A DNA stretch of 64,000 nucleotides from Zancudomyces culisetae HAW-14-8. Taxonomy: Eukaryota > Fungi > Kickxellomycota. Location: assembly GCA_052426225.1 (NCBI GenBank), contig JBNJNM010000021.1, forward strand, positions 2,046,001 to 2,110,000, in the 5' to 3' direction. Numbering within the stretch: the first letter of the stretch is position 1; every line of letters begins with the position of its first letter. The translations under genes were made by a program, and so were the position numbers. This document shows positions 12,141-23,641 of the stretch, piece by piece. The notes below the pieces were generated by a model, which did no database searches, was not told the DNA's origin, and saw nothing but the letters and a program-made list of their open reading frames with translations.

Positions 12141-14615
12141 ATGGCATCTGGTGATGAAAAGGCGGCTATTCGCCAACGAAAAAGTCCAGAGCGACAGACC
12201 ATTGAAAAGAAAAAAGAAGTTTTAGAAAAGAAGGTTGATGATGACAAGGTGAAGGTAAGACTAAAACGTAGGAATGGTGTATGAAACAAAGTGTGAAAAA
12301 GGGTGGGCAGGTGTACTAGAAAAGCAGGCAGGTGTACTATAAAAGCAGGCAGGTTATAATGGCATAAAAAGTAGTAACATTATACAATAAATGTATAGAT
12401 ACAAACTGTCGCAAGAGGATGGGCTTCATTGTATGCTTTTGCAGGAATACTGATATTGTCGTTTGTAGTAAGATTGTGGGGAATATGGTCACCAAAAGAA
12501 GTGGTGTTCGATGAAGTGCACTTTGGAAAGTTTGCAAGCTACTATTTAAGACGAGAATATTATTTTGACGTTCATCCACCATTGGCAAAGATGTTATTGG
12601 CAATTCCTGGAAAACTGGTAGGGTATGATGGAACGTATTTGTTTGACAAAATTGGACAAAATTATATTGAAAATGGAGCACCATACTTTGTAATGCGAGT
12701 ATTTGTAGCGATGTTTGGAGCAACAATCCCAGGCGTTGTTTATCTCATTATGGCAGAATCAGGATATTCACTAATCATTTCAACATTGACAGCATTTATG
12801 GCGGTGTTTGACAATGCACTCGTACTGCACAGCAGATTGGTATTGTTAGATTCTATCATGATATTCTTTATGGTTTGGGCAGTTTATTTCTACATCAAGT
12901 TTTTCAAACAACGATATCAACCATTCACGACAACATGGTATGGATATATGATTGCAACAGGCGTGATGATGGGATGCGCGATCTCAAGCAAGATGGTTGG
13001 GTTGTTTACAATCAGTAGTATTGGAGTAGCAGTTCTGTATGATCTGTGGAGACTGATTGATGTCCGCAGAAATCTGAAAGTGGAGGAGTTTGCAAAACAC
13101 TTTGTGGCAAGGGTTGGGGGATTCATAGTCGTTCCTATAACTATTTATTTAGCAATATTTTATGCACATCTCGCAATATTGACCAACAGTGGGCCTGGAG
13201 ATGATTACCATACCAAAGAATTTCAAATGCAGCTAAAGGGTAGCAAAATGCTTGACACTTACACGCCTGTGTACTATGGAGATGCCATCAGTTTTAAACA
13301 CGTGGGTACAAAGGTGTTTTTGAATTCCCGAGATTCAAAATATCCACAAAAGTATGCAGATGGGCGCGTAGGAAGTGCAGGAAACCAAGTTACCGGCCAC
13401 AAAGAAGAGAATGATGAATCATACTGGATAGTCCTTCCAGCTGAAAGAAATGAAGATTTTGACAGCTACCTGGAGAAACGAAAGAACGATGAAAACTACA
13501 AACTAACGCCAGAAGAAATGGATAAGTACGCACTCAGGAACCTTTATGAGGTTAGACTTATGCACAAAAAGACGCAGCGAGTAATGAGAACTCACGATGT
13601 TGCATCACCTCTAACAACCACAAATATGGAGTTTACCACAGTAGAAGAAAATGATGAAAAGGCGTTCCCCGATACCATATTTATTCTCAGGATTGACAGA
13701 CCAAAAAATGAGAATGGTGTACCTGATCAGCTCCGCACTCAAAACAAGTCACTCAGATTAACAAGTAAGAGCCAAAAAGTATCTATGAGCACCTTTAACA
13801 AAAAACTTCCAGATTGGGGCTCTTATGACCAAGAAATCAATGGAAAAAAGGATATTGACGGCGAGGGCACCTTGTGGACTGTCAACAACGTATTTGGAAG
13901 AAAAGTAGAAGAAAGTCCAGAGGCAAGAAAGGCTGTGCCCCGTATGGGATTTATGACAAAATTCTTTGAGCTTCAGACAGCAATGATTGATTCTAATAGC
14001 AAGCTTACGGCCCCGCATATTTATCAGTCTTATCCTGGCTCTTGGCCTTTGTTTAAACGCGGTGTTTCTTTTTGGACTAAAAGCGAGGGAAAAAGGCAAA
14101 TCTATTTTGTTGCTAATGTTTTCGGTTGGTATGCAATTGTTGCTTCTGTGGTAGCATTTATCCTGATTTACATTACAACAGCCGCATTCAGATATCGTAG
14201 AAATACCCCAATCACCAGCTACGTGACGGATCGTCATTTGTTCCGTAGCGGAATTTTTATGGAAGTTTTGTATTTAATGCACTACATTCCTTTCTTTTTG
14301 ATGGGAAGAGCCTTGTTTATTCACCATTATTTACCTAGTGTCGTATTTGGATACATGGTTATGGGCGCTGTGCTCCAATTTGCAGTAATAAGAGATTACA
14401 AGCGATACGCGCTAAACGACACATTCAAGGCAAGCCCTGAGACTCGATACATACCAAGCGATATAAAGTGTAGAGTGCTTCTCGGATCAGTTGCCGTTTT
14501 GCAAGTGTTGAGCTTTATTTACTGGTCTCCGTTTGTTTATGGTTGTGAAATGACAAAGGAAAGCATCATCAGCAGAAAGTGGGGTTCTAAGTGGGATTTT
14601 TCCTTTACAAAGTAG
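12141..14615 (+). CDS. PMT4: Dolichyl-phosphate-mannose:protein O-mannosyltransferase, PMT4 subfamily; 2 exons (12141-12254, 12399-14615)
   Basis: VVFDEVHFGKFASYYL...FDVHPPLAK matches the PMT4-type loop-1 DE motif. A MIR region and C-terminal HYIPFFLMGR.LF.HHYLP follow. An upstream ATG exon joins in frame across a GTAAGA...TAG intron. Confidence 0.9.
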
Positions 14616-14824
14616 TAAAATTCATTTTTTCTTCTTTTCTTTTCGTAAACCATTTATTTATTCGTTCTGTAGCCTTTTCTTGATTTACTAGCATTTTTAT
14701 ACAGCCTATAACTCAATCAAAAATTTATATATCGATTAATATTGTTTTGTTTGTGAAGCAGATGGTTTATAATGTATTGAACCAGAGCAAGAGTTTGGAA
14801 ACAAGTGAAATATGGATGGATATG

Positions 14825-14849
14825 GGGTTAGGGTTAGGGATAGGGTTAG
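14825..14849 (+). repeat. Interstitial telomere-like (GGGTTA)x4, potential G-quadruplex
   Basis: gggtta gggtta gggata gggtta g: four G3 tracts with 3-nt loops. Confidence 0.7.
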
Positions 14850-15173
14850 CTAAGGTTTTAGAAAGTGCTACTCATATTCATAATTATTGCGAGATACACC
14901 AGAATACATCACAGTTGTTGTATCTTGCGAGTATTACATTTTCATGTTCACTCAATTGTATTTACCCAGCTCCTATTCATCCTTTGTTTACAATCCTATC
15001 AAGCCATATTTATTCTCACAGCAATAAAATTACTGTGAAAACGAGGAACTTGGGTGCGAAAATTAATATCCCGAATTTCCATTCCATTTCTCAAAAATAC
15101 AGTTCCTTGGTATTTTGCCATTCCCAAATACTCAACCCAAAATACTGCTCTAAATCATCCTACCAAATGTAAA

Positions 15174-17654
15174 ATGTACTACTCGACAGCTTCAAGTAAC
15201 CAGCTACACGAACACACTCCGTACATACTTTCAAGTAACGAACTGGATACTCAAGTGCAAAATCTAGTTGAGGTAATAGTAGAATCGTTTATCGACGTTT
15301 GGTTTGCTGAAATAAGCAAGGACAAACGTTTTCAACTTGAGGTTACGAGTTTATTCAAAAAATGTATCCAAAAACTCGAGAAACGTGTCAGGAGGGTGGA
15401 GTGGACAAGGTATATTTTATATGATTTGGTAACAATAATCCAAACACATATCCAAGAAGTACATAACTGCGAAGCACGTCTGAACACTATCTATGCAGGT
15501 TCAGCAACTTCGATTGAAGAGTTATTTGCAAAGCGTATGCCTCATGTGGCTTTAACTGATACAGCTAATTCTGAACTGCTATATCTACGAACCTTAACAA
15601 CTCATATTTTACAACTTGTCTTGGAGCCTGAAACCATGGCAGATAAAACAGCTTTTCACTTGGTAAAGGAGATAGTGGCATGCACAGTTATTCGAAACTT
15701 ACTTGATAGCTTTACTGAACCCGAGTTTATCTACACACTGATATTGAAAGTATGTGGTTCGTTCTCGAAAAACCCATATTTCAGCCAACTTGATATGAGT
15801 AGGTATGTAACGGTTATATTTCAAGACGGATCGAGCAATAATAGTAAGGATGCTGATAGTAATAGTAATACCAATAGTGATTCTGGCAACATGAAAAACT
15901 ATAACAGCAATAAAAATACCCAGAATTATACTACTAACACCGGTACTACTGGATCACAAAACAAGTACAGTAGAAATGTATCAAGTTCAAACAAACAGCC
16001 AAGGACCGTGGAGCAAATGATGGATGAGGCAATGTCAACGAACATGATGGATGATCGCGGTAAAAATTATGGTGCTAGTGATAAACACAATATAGGGATG
16101 CTAAGAGCACATAGACTTAATAGACTCTACAAATCCAAATCCGACACTAATCTACACAACAAAATAATTCCCCAACACGACAATACAAATACAACTACAA
16201 ATATAAAGGGAAATAGAAATAAACTCACAACCGCAACCACAAGCGCAAATCCAACTAAAAGTAAAGAACGAGAAAGTAAAGTGTCAAGAAAGACCGGATT
16301 TATGAAGTTGCGGGTTGATAACACATTGGAATTAAAAACCACAGCGATGAAGAAACGAGTAGTCGAAAAATCAACCAAACTCTACAAGACTACAACGAGC
16401 TGGTTAAACATAATATTCATTTTGTATCCACTCAAACTTTACGTGGTTATATTATATGTGTGTAAAGCAGGATACAATATTGTAAAGATAAAGGCCAAAC
16501 AGTGTATAGACTATGTATTTGCATTTAGTTGGGAAAAGCGAAAGTTGGAGCTACAGAAGCTATCAACAGCAAATTTTTACTATTCATTGTTTAGTAGTTC
16601 AACCAATGTGATTGCTGGAGGAGAGGTATGGAAAGATAGGTATGGTAAAACAGATGATGATATGGATGGTTGTGACAGAGGTAGAGGGAAACTTAACATT
16701 AATCGACAAAACAAGGGGTACAGGGAGAGTAAAAACGATAAAGTATATGCAAAAACAAAAACAGGAGTTAAACTTGAGGTTACAACTAGCGTTAAACATG
16801 GTGCTAAAAATGGTGTTAAAGATAGTGTTAAAAGTTGTGTTAAAGGCGGTGTTAAAAATGGGATTAAAAATATACACTCAAATGACGATTCCAGTCTCGG
16901 AAAGTATAGTATTTTTGCAAAAAAGATAATAAACAGCAGAGTTATGAATAAAGTGGCTTCACTCAACCAGTTTATTCTTGAAAAGTTGAAAAGTTATCTG
17001 TTCATAACATACTATTATGACAAAATCAATACGCTAGTTGATACAAACTACAGTGGTCCCCGACTAGACAAGACTGGAGACGCAAGTAAACAACTGTTGG
17101 TGTTATTTGACAGTGTGTTTATGGCTAGCAAATTTAATCCTTGGTTAATGGCACAAATCAGGTATTATCTATTTCCACTTTATGTTGTGTTGGTTGGAAA
17201 GTTGGTAGATCAAGTGATATACAACAAACTCGGAACATTGTTTTTGAATTCCAAATGTATTTCTGGAATTGTGGCAGGGATTAGTGACAAATTATCAAGC
17301 ATGAAGGGAACGAAATCAAAAGAGTTGGTGACCGAGGAACAGCGAAAGTTGCTTAAGCAGGATGTGGTGAAACTGGTAGATGAGCTGATGCCAATGGGGT
17401 TAAAGGTGCTTTTCTACAACAATAAACAAGGTAAAAGATGGGGTGCAAAGCAGAGTGAGATGCATAATGAGATGCAGAGTAAGACTAAGGATGAGGATAC
17501 AGATGGAAGCAGGAACGGCGATGGAACTGGGAGCCAACTCGCAGTTGAAAAGATACTGAGTGTTGTGCAAAACCAAAAAGTAAATAAATATCTGGCTTAT
17601 TGCATTATTGACAGCCTAGTATCTCAACTGTTTCCAGAGCTTATTGGCACGTGA
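15174..17654 (+). CDS. PXA-domain protein (sorting-nexin/Mdm1-related N-terminal domain), copy 1
   Basis: ELDTQVQNLVEVIVESFIDVWFAEISKDKRF...HVAL...ELLYLRTLTTHILQLVL...LVKEIVACTVI is PXA-like. C-terminal VVQNQKVNKYLAYCIIDSLVSQLFPEL resembles the nexin C-terminus. First in-frame ATG is at 15174. Confidence 0.8.
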   Translation: MYYSTASSNQLHEHTPYILSSNELDTQVQNLVEVIVESFIDVWFAEISKDKRFQLEVTSLFKKCIQKLEKRVRRVEWTRYILYDLVTIIQTHIQEVHNCEARLNTIYAGSATSIEELFAKRMPHVALTDTANSELLYLRTLTTHILQLVLEPETMADKTAFHLVKEIVACTVIRNLLDSFTEPEFIYTLILKVCGSFSKNPYFSQLDMSRYVTVIFQDGSSNNSKDADSNSNTNSDSGNMKNYNSNKNTQNYTTNTGTTGSQNKYSRNVSSSNKQPRTVEQMMDEAMSTNMMDDRGKNYGASDKHNIGMLRAHRLNRLYKSKSDTNLHNKIIPQHDNTNTTTNIKGNRNKLTTATTSANPTKSKERESKVSRKTGFMKLRVDNTLELKTTAMKKRVVEKSTKLYKTTTSWLNIIFILYPLKLYVVILYVCKAGYNIVKIKAKQCIDYVFAFSWEKRKLELQKLSTANFYYSLFSSSTNVIAGGEVWKDRYGKTDDDMDGCDRGRGKLNINRQNKGYRESKNDKVYAKTKTGVKLEVTTSVKHGAKNGVKDSVKSCVKGGVKNGIKNIHSNDDSSLGKYSIFAKKIINSRVMNKVASLNQFILEKLKSYLFITYYYDKINTLVDTNYSGPRLDKTGDASKQLLVLFDSVFMASKFNPWLMAQIRYYLFPLYVVLVGKLVDQVIYNKLGTLFLNSKCISGIVAGISDKLSSMKGTKSKELVTEEQRKLLKQDVVKLVDELMPMGLKVLFYNNKQGKRWGAKQSEMHNEMQSKTKDEDTDGSRNGDGTGSQLAVEKILSVVQNQKVNKYLAYCIIDSLVSQLFPELIGT

Positions 17655-17910
17655 AAACGGGAATACGCGTTATAAATGGGCAGTAAGCAATAAAAAGTGA
17701 CTGAGTGGTAGACACATTCGTAGTCTTATACAACCAGAGCTGCTGCATTTGATTATAATTGTTTGTATTTTTATCCATGGTGGTTTATCAAGGCTATTTT
17801 GATTGTTTTTAGTGGTTTTGTACGATATTTTGTGGGTGGGTTATATATAGAATAGCCAGAGTAAACAGAATAGATGGAATAAAAGTGAATGTAGATATTT
17901 GGGTTTGGTG

Positions 17911-18080
17911 GTTAGGTAGTTAGGTGGTTTGGTAGTTAGGTAGTTTGGTAGTTAGGTAGTTAGGTAGTTAGGTAGTTAGGTAGTTAGGTAGTTAGGTAGT
18001 TAGGTAGTTAGGTAGTTAGGTAGTTAGGTAGTTAGGTAGTTAGGTAGTTAGGTAGTTAGGTAGTTGGGTAGTTAGGTAGT
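17911..18080 (+). repeat. 8-bp tandem repeat (TTAGGTAG)n, ~21 units, upstream of PRP4
   Basis: Read directly; 170 bp with a few variant units. Confidence 0.95.
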
Positions 18081-18287
18081 CTAGTTTGGGATTTCGATTC
18101 CAGATAATTCGATTCGAAATATTTTTCGTGATAATTGTGTTCATTTTTCACAAATCACTTTATTATACTAATATCATTCTGGTTTTACAGCCTTTTAGCA
18201 AAATATCAAGGCCAAAAGTACTAATTCTCTACTTCAAAATCGTTTAAAAAATACAAGTATACTCTCCTGTATTTATACCCTTGTAAA

Positions 18288-20121
18288 ATGGAAAATGACG
18301 AAAATCAACGAATATATTTTGGGAGTCTCGAGCACACTCTTCTAGATCGCCAAAATGACAACCATGAGCAAGATGAAACCGGAATTGATTTGGACGAACT
18401 AAGTGAGTTGTTGGTTGTAAACCTTAGAGCTGAGGGTTTCTAGTTTTTCTCTAACATGATATTATAAAAGTAGACTTATATACATAGCTCGATGTAACAA
18501 GAAAGCTAATTTTTCACATAAATCTTTTTAGGTGAAGCAAGCGACAGAGAATTGACTGAAATACAACTACAGGCCAAACAGGAACAGCAAGCACTACTGA
18601 ACGAGTTTGAGAGGCGGGAGGCGGCTCGAAAAATAGCAGTTCCTACCGAGGATCTCAAAGTTCGATTGAAGTTGCGAGAATATGGCGAACCCACCTGTCT
18701 GTTTGGAGAAGGGGTAAGATTTATATTGTTGCTGTGTAAAATAGTTGGAATATATTACAACATATGCAATCTTGTGGTAGTGGAGTTTTTATAATAATCA
18801 AAGTTGAGATATTTGATAAAATGAATTGAAACTGAATAATAAATAGCCTGGTGATAGAAGGGATCGATTGAGAGTAATAATGTCACAAAAACTGCTAGAA
18901 AATCAAGAAGTGCCTGAATCAGAGTCTAGTGTGAGTTTTTCTCGGAATATTGATGAAATTATACAGTTGTTTACACTTGAAAATACTTAATTATACAAAC
19001 TATACACATAGGAAAGTGAAGCAGAGCAAAACGAAGAGTTTTATACAGAGGGACCGCCTCAGCTAATGTTTGCACGTAGAAAAATGGCGGTATATTCACT
19101 ATCAAAGGCACGAGATCGTGTCAAGTCTCAAAAAAAATACACCGAAGTACCTCTAGCTCTGATTAAATCATCCCGAAAATCACTATTTGATAGATTTAGG
19201 AATTACACAGTTTATTCATCAGAGTACGGGGATTTACGACCATTGAGTTGTATAAAGTTTTCACCTAACCAACAAATATTGGCTACTGGATCATGGTCCG
19301 GAATTGTCAAGTTGTGGGATACAAAGTCATCACAGCAGCTGAACACATTGAAAGGCCATAATGATAAAATTGGAGGAATCTCATTTCATCCTCAATCAAC
19401 CATCAATCTTGATGAAACAGCAGCAAATATTGCAACAGGTAGTACAGACAACACAATCAAGCTCTGGAGTTTAGAATCACAGAAGCCACCAGTGGGTCAA
19501 CTGGTTGGCCATATGGCAAGAGTAGTGCATATTGATCATCACCCAATGGGGTCATATTTGGCTAGTGCGAGCTATGATGGTAGTTGGCGATTGTGGGACA
19601 TAGAAAGCTGTAAGGAGTTGTGTTTGCAAGAGGGACACTCACGCCAAGTACATGTTGTGAAATTTCAGGGTGATGGATCATTATTGGCAAGCGCGGGGCT
19701 GGATGGGATAGGAAGAGTGTGGGATATTCGGACGGGAAAATCAGCAATGACATTGACAGGACATATGGGAGAGATATACACAGTTGATTGGTCACAGAAT
19801 GGATATGTTATTGGGACAGGAGGCGGTGATAATTCAGTTAGGATTTACGATATTCGGGCATTGAAACAAACATATTCACTTCCAGCACATAATTCTATAA
19901 TATCACAGATGTGTTACTTGAAGAATGGAGTGAATACGTCTACAGAAGTGTTGGTTACAAGTTCATTTGACGGCTCAATCAAGGTATGGAGTGGTGTTGA
20001 TTACAAATTGATAAATACATTACACGGACATGAAGGAAAAGTGATGGGTGTGGATGTATCTAGCGAGTATATAGCATCATGCGGTTATGATAGATCGTTT
20101 AAGTTGTACGGTCAAAGTTGA
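18288..20121 (+). CDS. PRP4: U4/U6 snRNP WD40 protein Prp4, copy 1 (exons ~18288-18402, 18532-18713, 18847-18930, 19012-20121)
   Basis: SFM/PRP4 motif ([36 protein letters not shown]), then EEFYTEG, then WD40 repeats (ATGSWSG, LASASYDGSWRLWD, QEGHS, GRVWDIRTG). Introns are GT-AG. Confidence 0.93.
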
Positions 20122-20993
20122 GATGTTTTTCTTGCTAGCGATTTTTCAACGATGTTATATAGCATTCTAAAGCATTTGTATAATAAAGAAATGGATAATT
20201 GCTAAGTGTAGCAGTCAATGCTGTGGTGGGTGAAGATAGAAAAGAAAGTGTTGATGTAATGTGGAAATTTGTAAGAGACAGATCTATCAATGGTCAGAAA
20301 GTATGATTTAGTATTTAATGGGTGTTCGAATCATAGTTCTGAATTGAGACCCGTGTTTTTTGCTTTCAAACACCCATATACATGAATAAAAAAGTTGTAA
20401 TGTTATTGAGGTGGATGCTGACACGTTTTTTGCATCCATATATGATTTGCTCAATTTACAGGATAATAGCAAAAGCCAATATTTTCTTTAAATGTGATTG
20501 AGTATGTGAACATCAATCAGAGCAAATCAAATAGCCGATTTGCAAACGAGAAATTGTTGGCCATATTGTAAAAAAAGAAAATATTTGGGTAATTGCAGAG
20601 AAATTATTGGATGGAGTTGCCCAACCATCATGATCCAGCAAAGCTTTCACCCACGAGTTGGATTCAAAACCTGAAAATAATTGCGCTACACTCGCTTTAA
20701 CAGCCTTTTATCAACTATCCTAACAGCTTTGATATCCACTCTAATACATTTTATACCAAGTTTTGATAACGGAATCACGACTTTTTGGAGTATATATGTT
20801 CGAAAAATAGAATACGGAATAAGACATACACCAGTGATTTACACACTCGATTGTTTATTCATTCAGTTCTAGATTTGGTATTAAATAATATAATCACCAA
20901 CTCGACAAATCCTGACACGACTTCTTGTTTGGTTACACACCTTTGAAAGTAGACTTGAAATATTTCGAAAAGTAACAATACGCACTCGAAAGC

Positions 20994-22038
20994 ATGCTTG
21001 AGCAGTATACCAACTATGTAAGTACAACTATTATACTAGTAGCGTATTTGAAACAATAAACAACACCATAAAATTACTAACAAGTTCGCTTGTTTTACAC
21101 ACTGTAGATTTTATATGGCGTGGCACTTGCCAGCGCTAGATTTATAATACAAATATATGACTTGGAAAACCCTGCCAATATTCCGTAAGTTTGAAGTATT
21201 TATTTTTCATACTCTACTCATATTATTTGGGCTATGTGTATGTTGGTACTTATTTAGTTTGGATTTTTAAATCATTTTTACTATTGTTTACAAATTATGT
21301 ATTAAAGAAAGAGTCAAATTTAGCAATATGTAGCTAATCTGGATAAACTATACTAGATACATGAGACTTGCATTCATATCATCAGGTATATTGTACTATG
21401 GCCTTTCAGCCGTCCTTCAACAAAGTATCAATGAAGAAAACGATTTGAGACCATTTGAGTACGAAAATCCCGATCCAAATCAACCACCGATAGTTACTAC
21501 ATACAGAGACTATGATGTGGGAGAGGCAAACAAACAGCGTATACATACAGTATTACTGATTTTGGTAGCAGGAGTTTTACACTGGATATTTAGATTCAAC
21601 CAGCCATTGGTAGTCCAAACTATAATGATTAATTTGGCGTTGGTATCAAGCCCATGTTTCAGGGTTCATGTATTCAATACACCACAAACAGGAGTGTTGG
21701 TGAGACCATGGAAATCCAAAAATATATTGGGGTGAGTAATTTTATGATTGATAAATAATGGGTTTGTTTAAATATATTTTTATGGTATGGTATGGTATGG
21801 TATGGTATGGTATGGTATGGTATGGTATGGTATGATACAAATACTGCCATATAATATAGATGATGGCTACTATATGTAATTGTACAATATCGTTATATAA
21901 AATAGATTTTTGGATGTGTTTACTAGTCGTATCCTGACAACAGGACCAGTGAGAAGAATTGATCCTAGTATTGAAATGGAAAAAGAGGACAAAGGTGATG
22001 GGAGTCAGAATGTATCCGAGTTAAAAAAAGATAAATGA
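20994..22038 (+). CDS. PHO88: Pho88/Snd3-family ER membrane protein, copy 1, 4 exons
   Basis: Spliced translation includes DLENPANIPYMRLAF...INEENDLRPFEY...VTTYRDYD...LHWIFRFNQPLVVQ...RVHVFNTPQTGVLVRPWK, matching the Pho88 pattern (NDxT.xxY, TT.RDYD, H....TNPL..Q, G.L.RPF/WK). Confidence 0.82.
21781..21834 (+). repeat. (TATGG)n microsatellite in PHO88 intron 3
   Basis: About 10-11 units read directly. Confidence 0.95.
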
Positions 22039-23641
22039 AAATGAGAAACCACTCGAATACCCAACTAGAAATAGTCAGTTTTTACTGTACTTTATATCCA
22101 CTTTATTTAGAGGGGATACATCTTAACTACCAATAATATATTATAATTATAGAGTTTTGTTTTGATTTGGTGAATATAATCTTGTCTAGTTCAAAGCTGG
22201 TGTATTTTCTGGTTGATTAAATATTTAGAGCTACATTTAAACTGCCATATTTTGGATATGAAGGGAGAATAAGTGAGCGAGGGTGATAGTGGGTATTATA
22301 TTGGAGTTTATACAAGATGAGTTGGAATGGCTAGTTTCTATTGATACAACATAGTACTCCATTTCCTACTTTCTTTAAATATAACCAGTGGTTAACACTA
22401 AAACTGGGTATTCCAGAGAATGTTTGTTGGGTATTTTTACGTCTTCACTGTATCTAGCCCGTGTTCATTTCACTTCTTTCTTTATATCACTTGGTATTTT
22501 TTATTGGGGATAATTATTATTTTGACAGAGTATACCGATATTTCATGATATTAATACTTTTATCAATTTACGATTATGAAAACCTGTAATTGTCACTACA
22601 CACATCATTGCTTACTTTTATGTTTTCTTGGCAATGTAAAAATCCAAGCATTGGTGGGTATTGGTGGGTATTGGCAAAAGTGTTTTTCTTTGGCTATTTA
22701 AACCCAAAAGACTCGTTACCCTCTGTAACGCAGCAAAGAATAAGCGACTTTAAGATATGTTAGGATAGATGTTCTTAAATATCGGATTTTATGAAAACCG
22801 AAAAGGTGTACTGGATGCAATAAATACACATCTGTTATTGGTTGAAACGCTTTTTATAGATATCATCAGACGTCATATTACACATCCAGAAAAATGCGTA
22901 TAACACTCTGTGGCTGTAATCCAGATATTAAGAAGCTTAATCACTCTTATTTCCAAATAAAAAAGGTGGGTTTTTTTGTATTGTTCGGTACTAGTTCAAT
23001 CGCACAACCAAGTTTTTAGCGCCTATTTAACAAATAAATAGTAATCGCAGATTATCTTGATAATTTTGAAGCAAGTCTGGACCATAAAAATAACACCAGG
23101 CTGCTAGCAATAAGAAACTCACTACAAAACTATCACACAGACTTGATGAAAACTGACAGTTTGTTTACAATAGTATAATTCCAATCAATGTAAAGTCATT
23201 TTTGTTGGGCTTGGGTCTTGAGAATAGTAAAGTTCAGAGTTATGAACTTGCGTTTTCCCCCAACAATTAAGAATAAAAGTTGTTTCTCAGCATTTATTTT
23301 TTAGGAGAGTACAGAAAACCCACCTATTCAAAACACAATTGGGGCTGGATTGTCACTCTACAATCCGAATAACATCAATGTTAATTATCTACGGTGTTGA
23401 AGCTATATAAAATCTATTTATTGAAGTGACCATTTAATATTTTAGTACTCCATCAATATTCATAAACAGTAATATCTACAGAGTATAATATACAACTCAA
23501 CACATGTAACGATTATCAGTAATTTAGAGAGTTTAGTTGATAAAAATAACAAGATGGTGGTGTATAGCAACACAGCAATACAGTTGACTATTCTAAAAAA
23601 ACCGTTCGTGTATTTTAAAAGTATTTTTTGCTAGTGTCCGT

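Noticed and set aside
12305-12352. 22-bp tandem duplication in the PMT4 intron
   Set aside because: Ordinary local duplication with no evident function.
20320-20355. GTTCGAATC resembling a tRNA T-loop/B-box
   Set aside because: No cloverleaf or acceptor stem could be formed.
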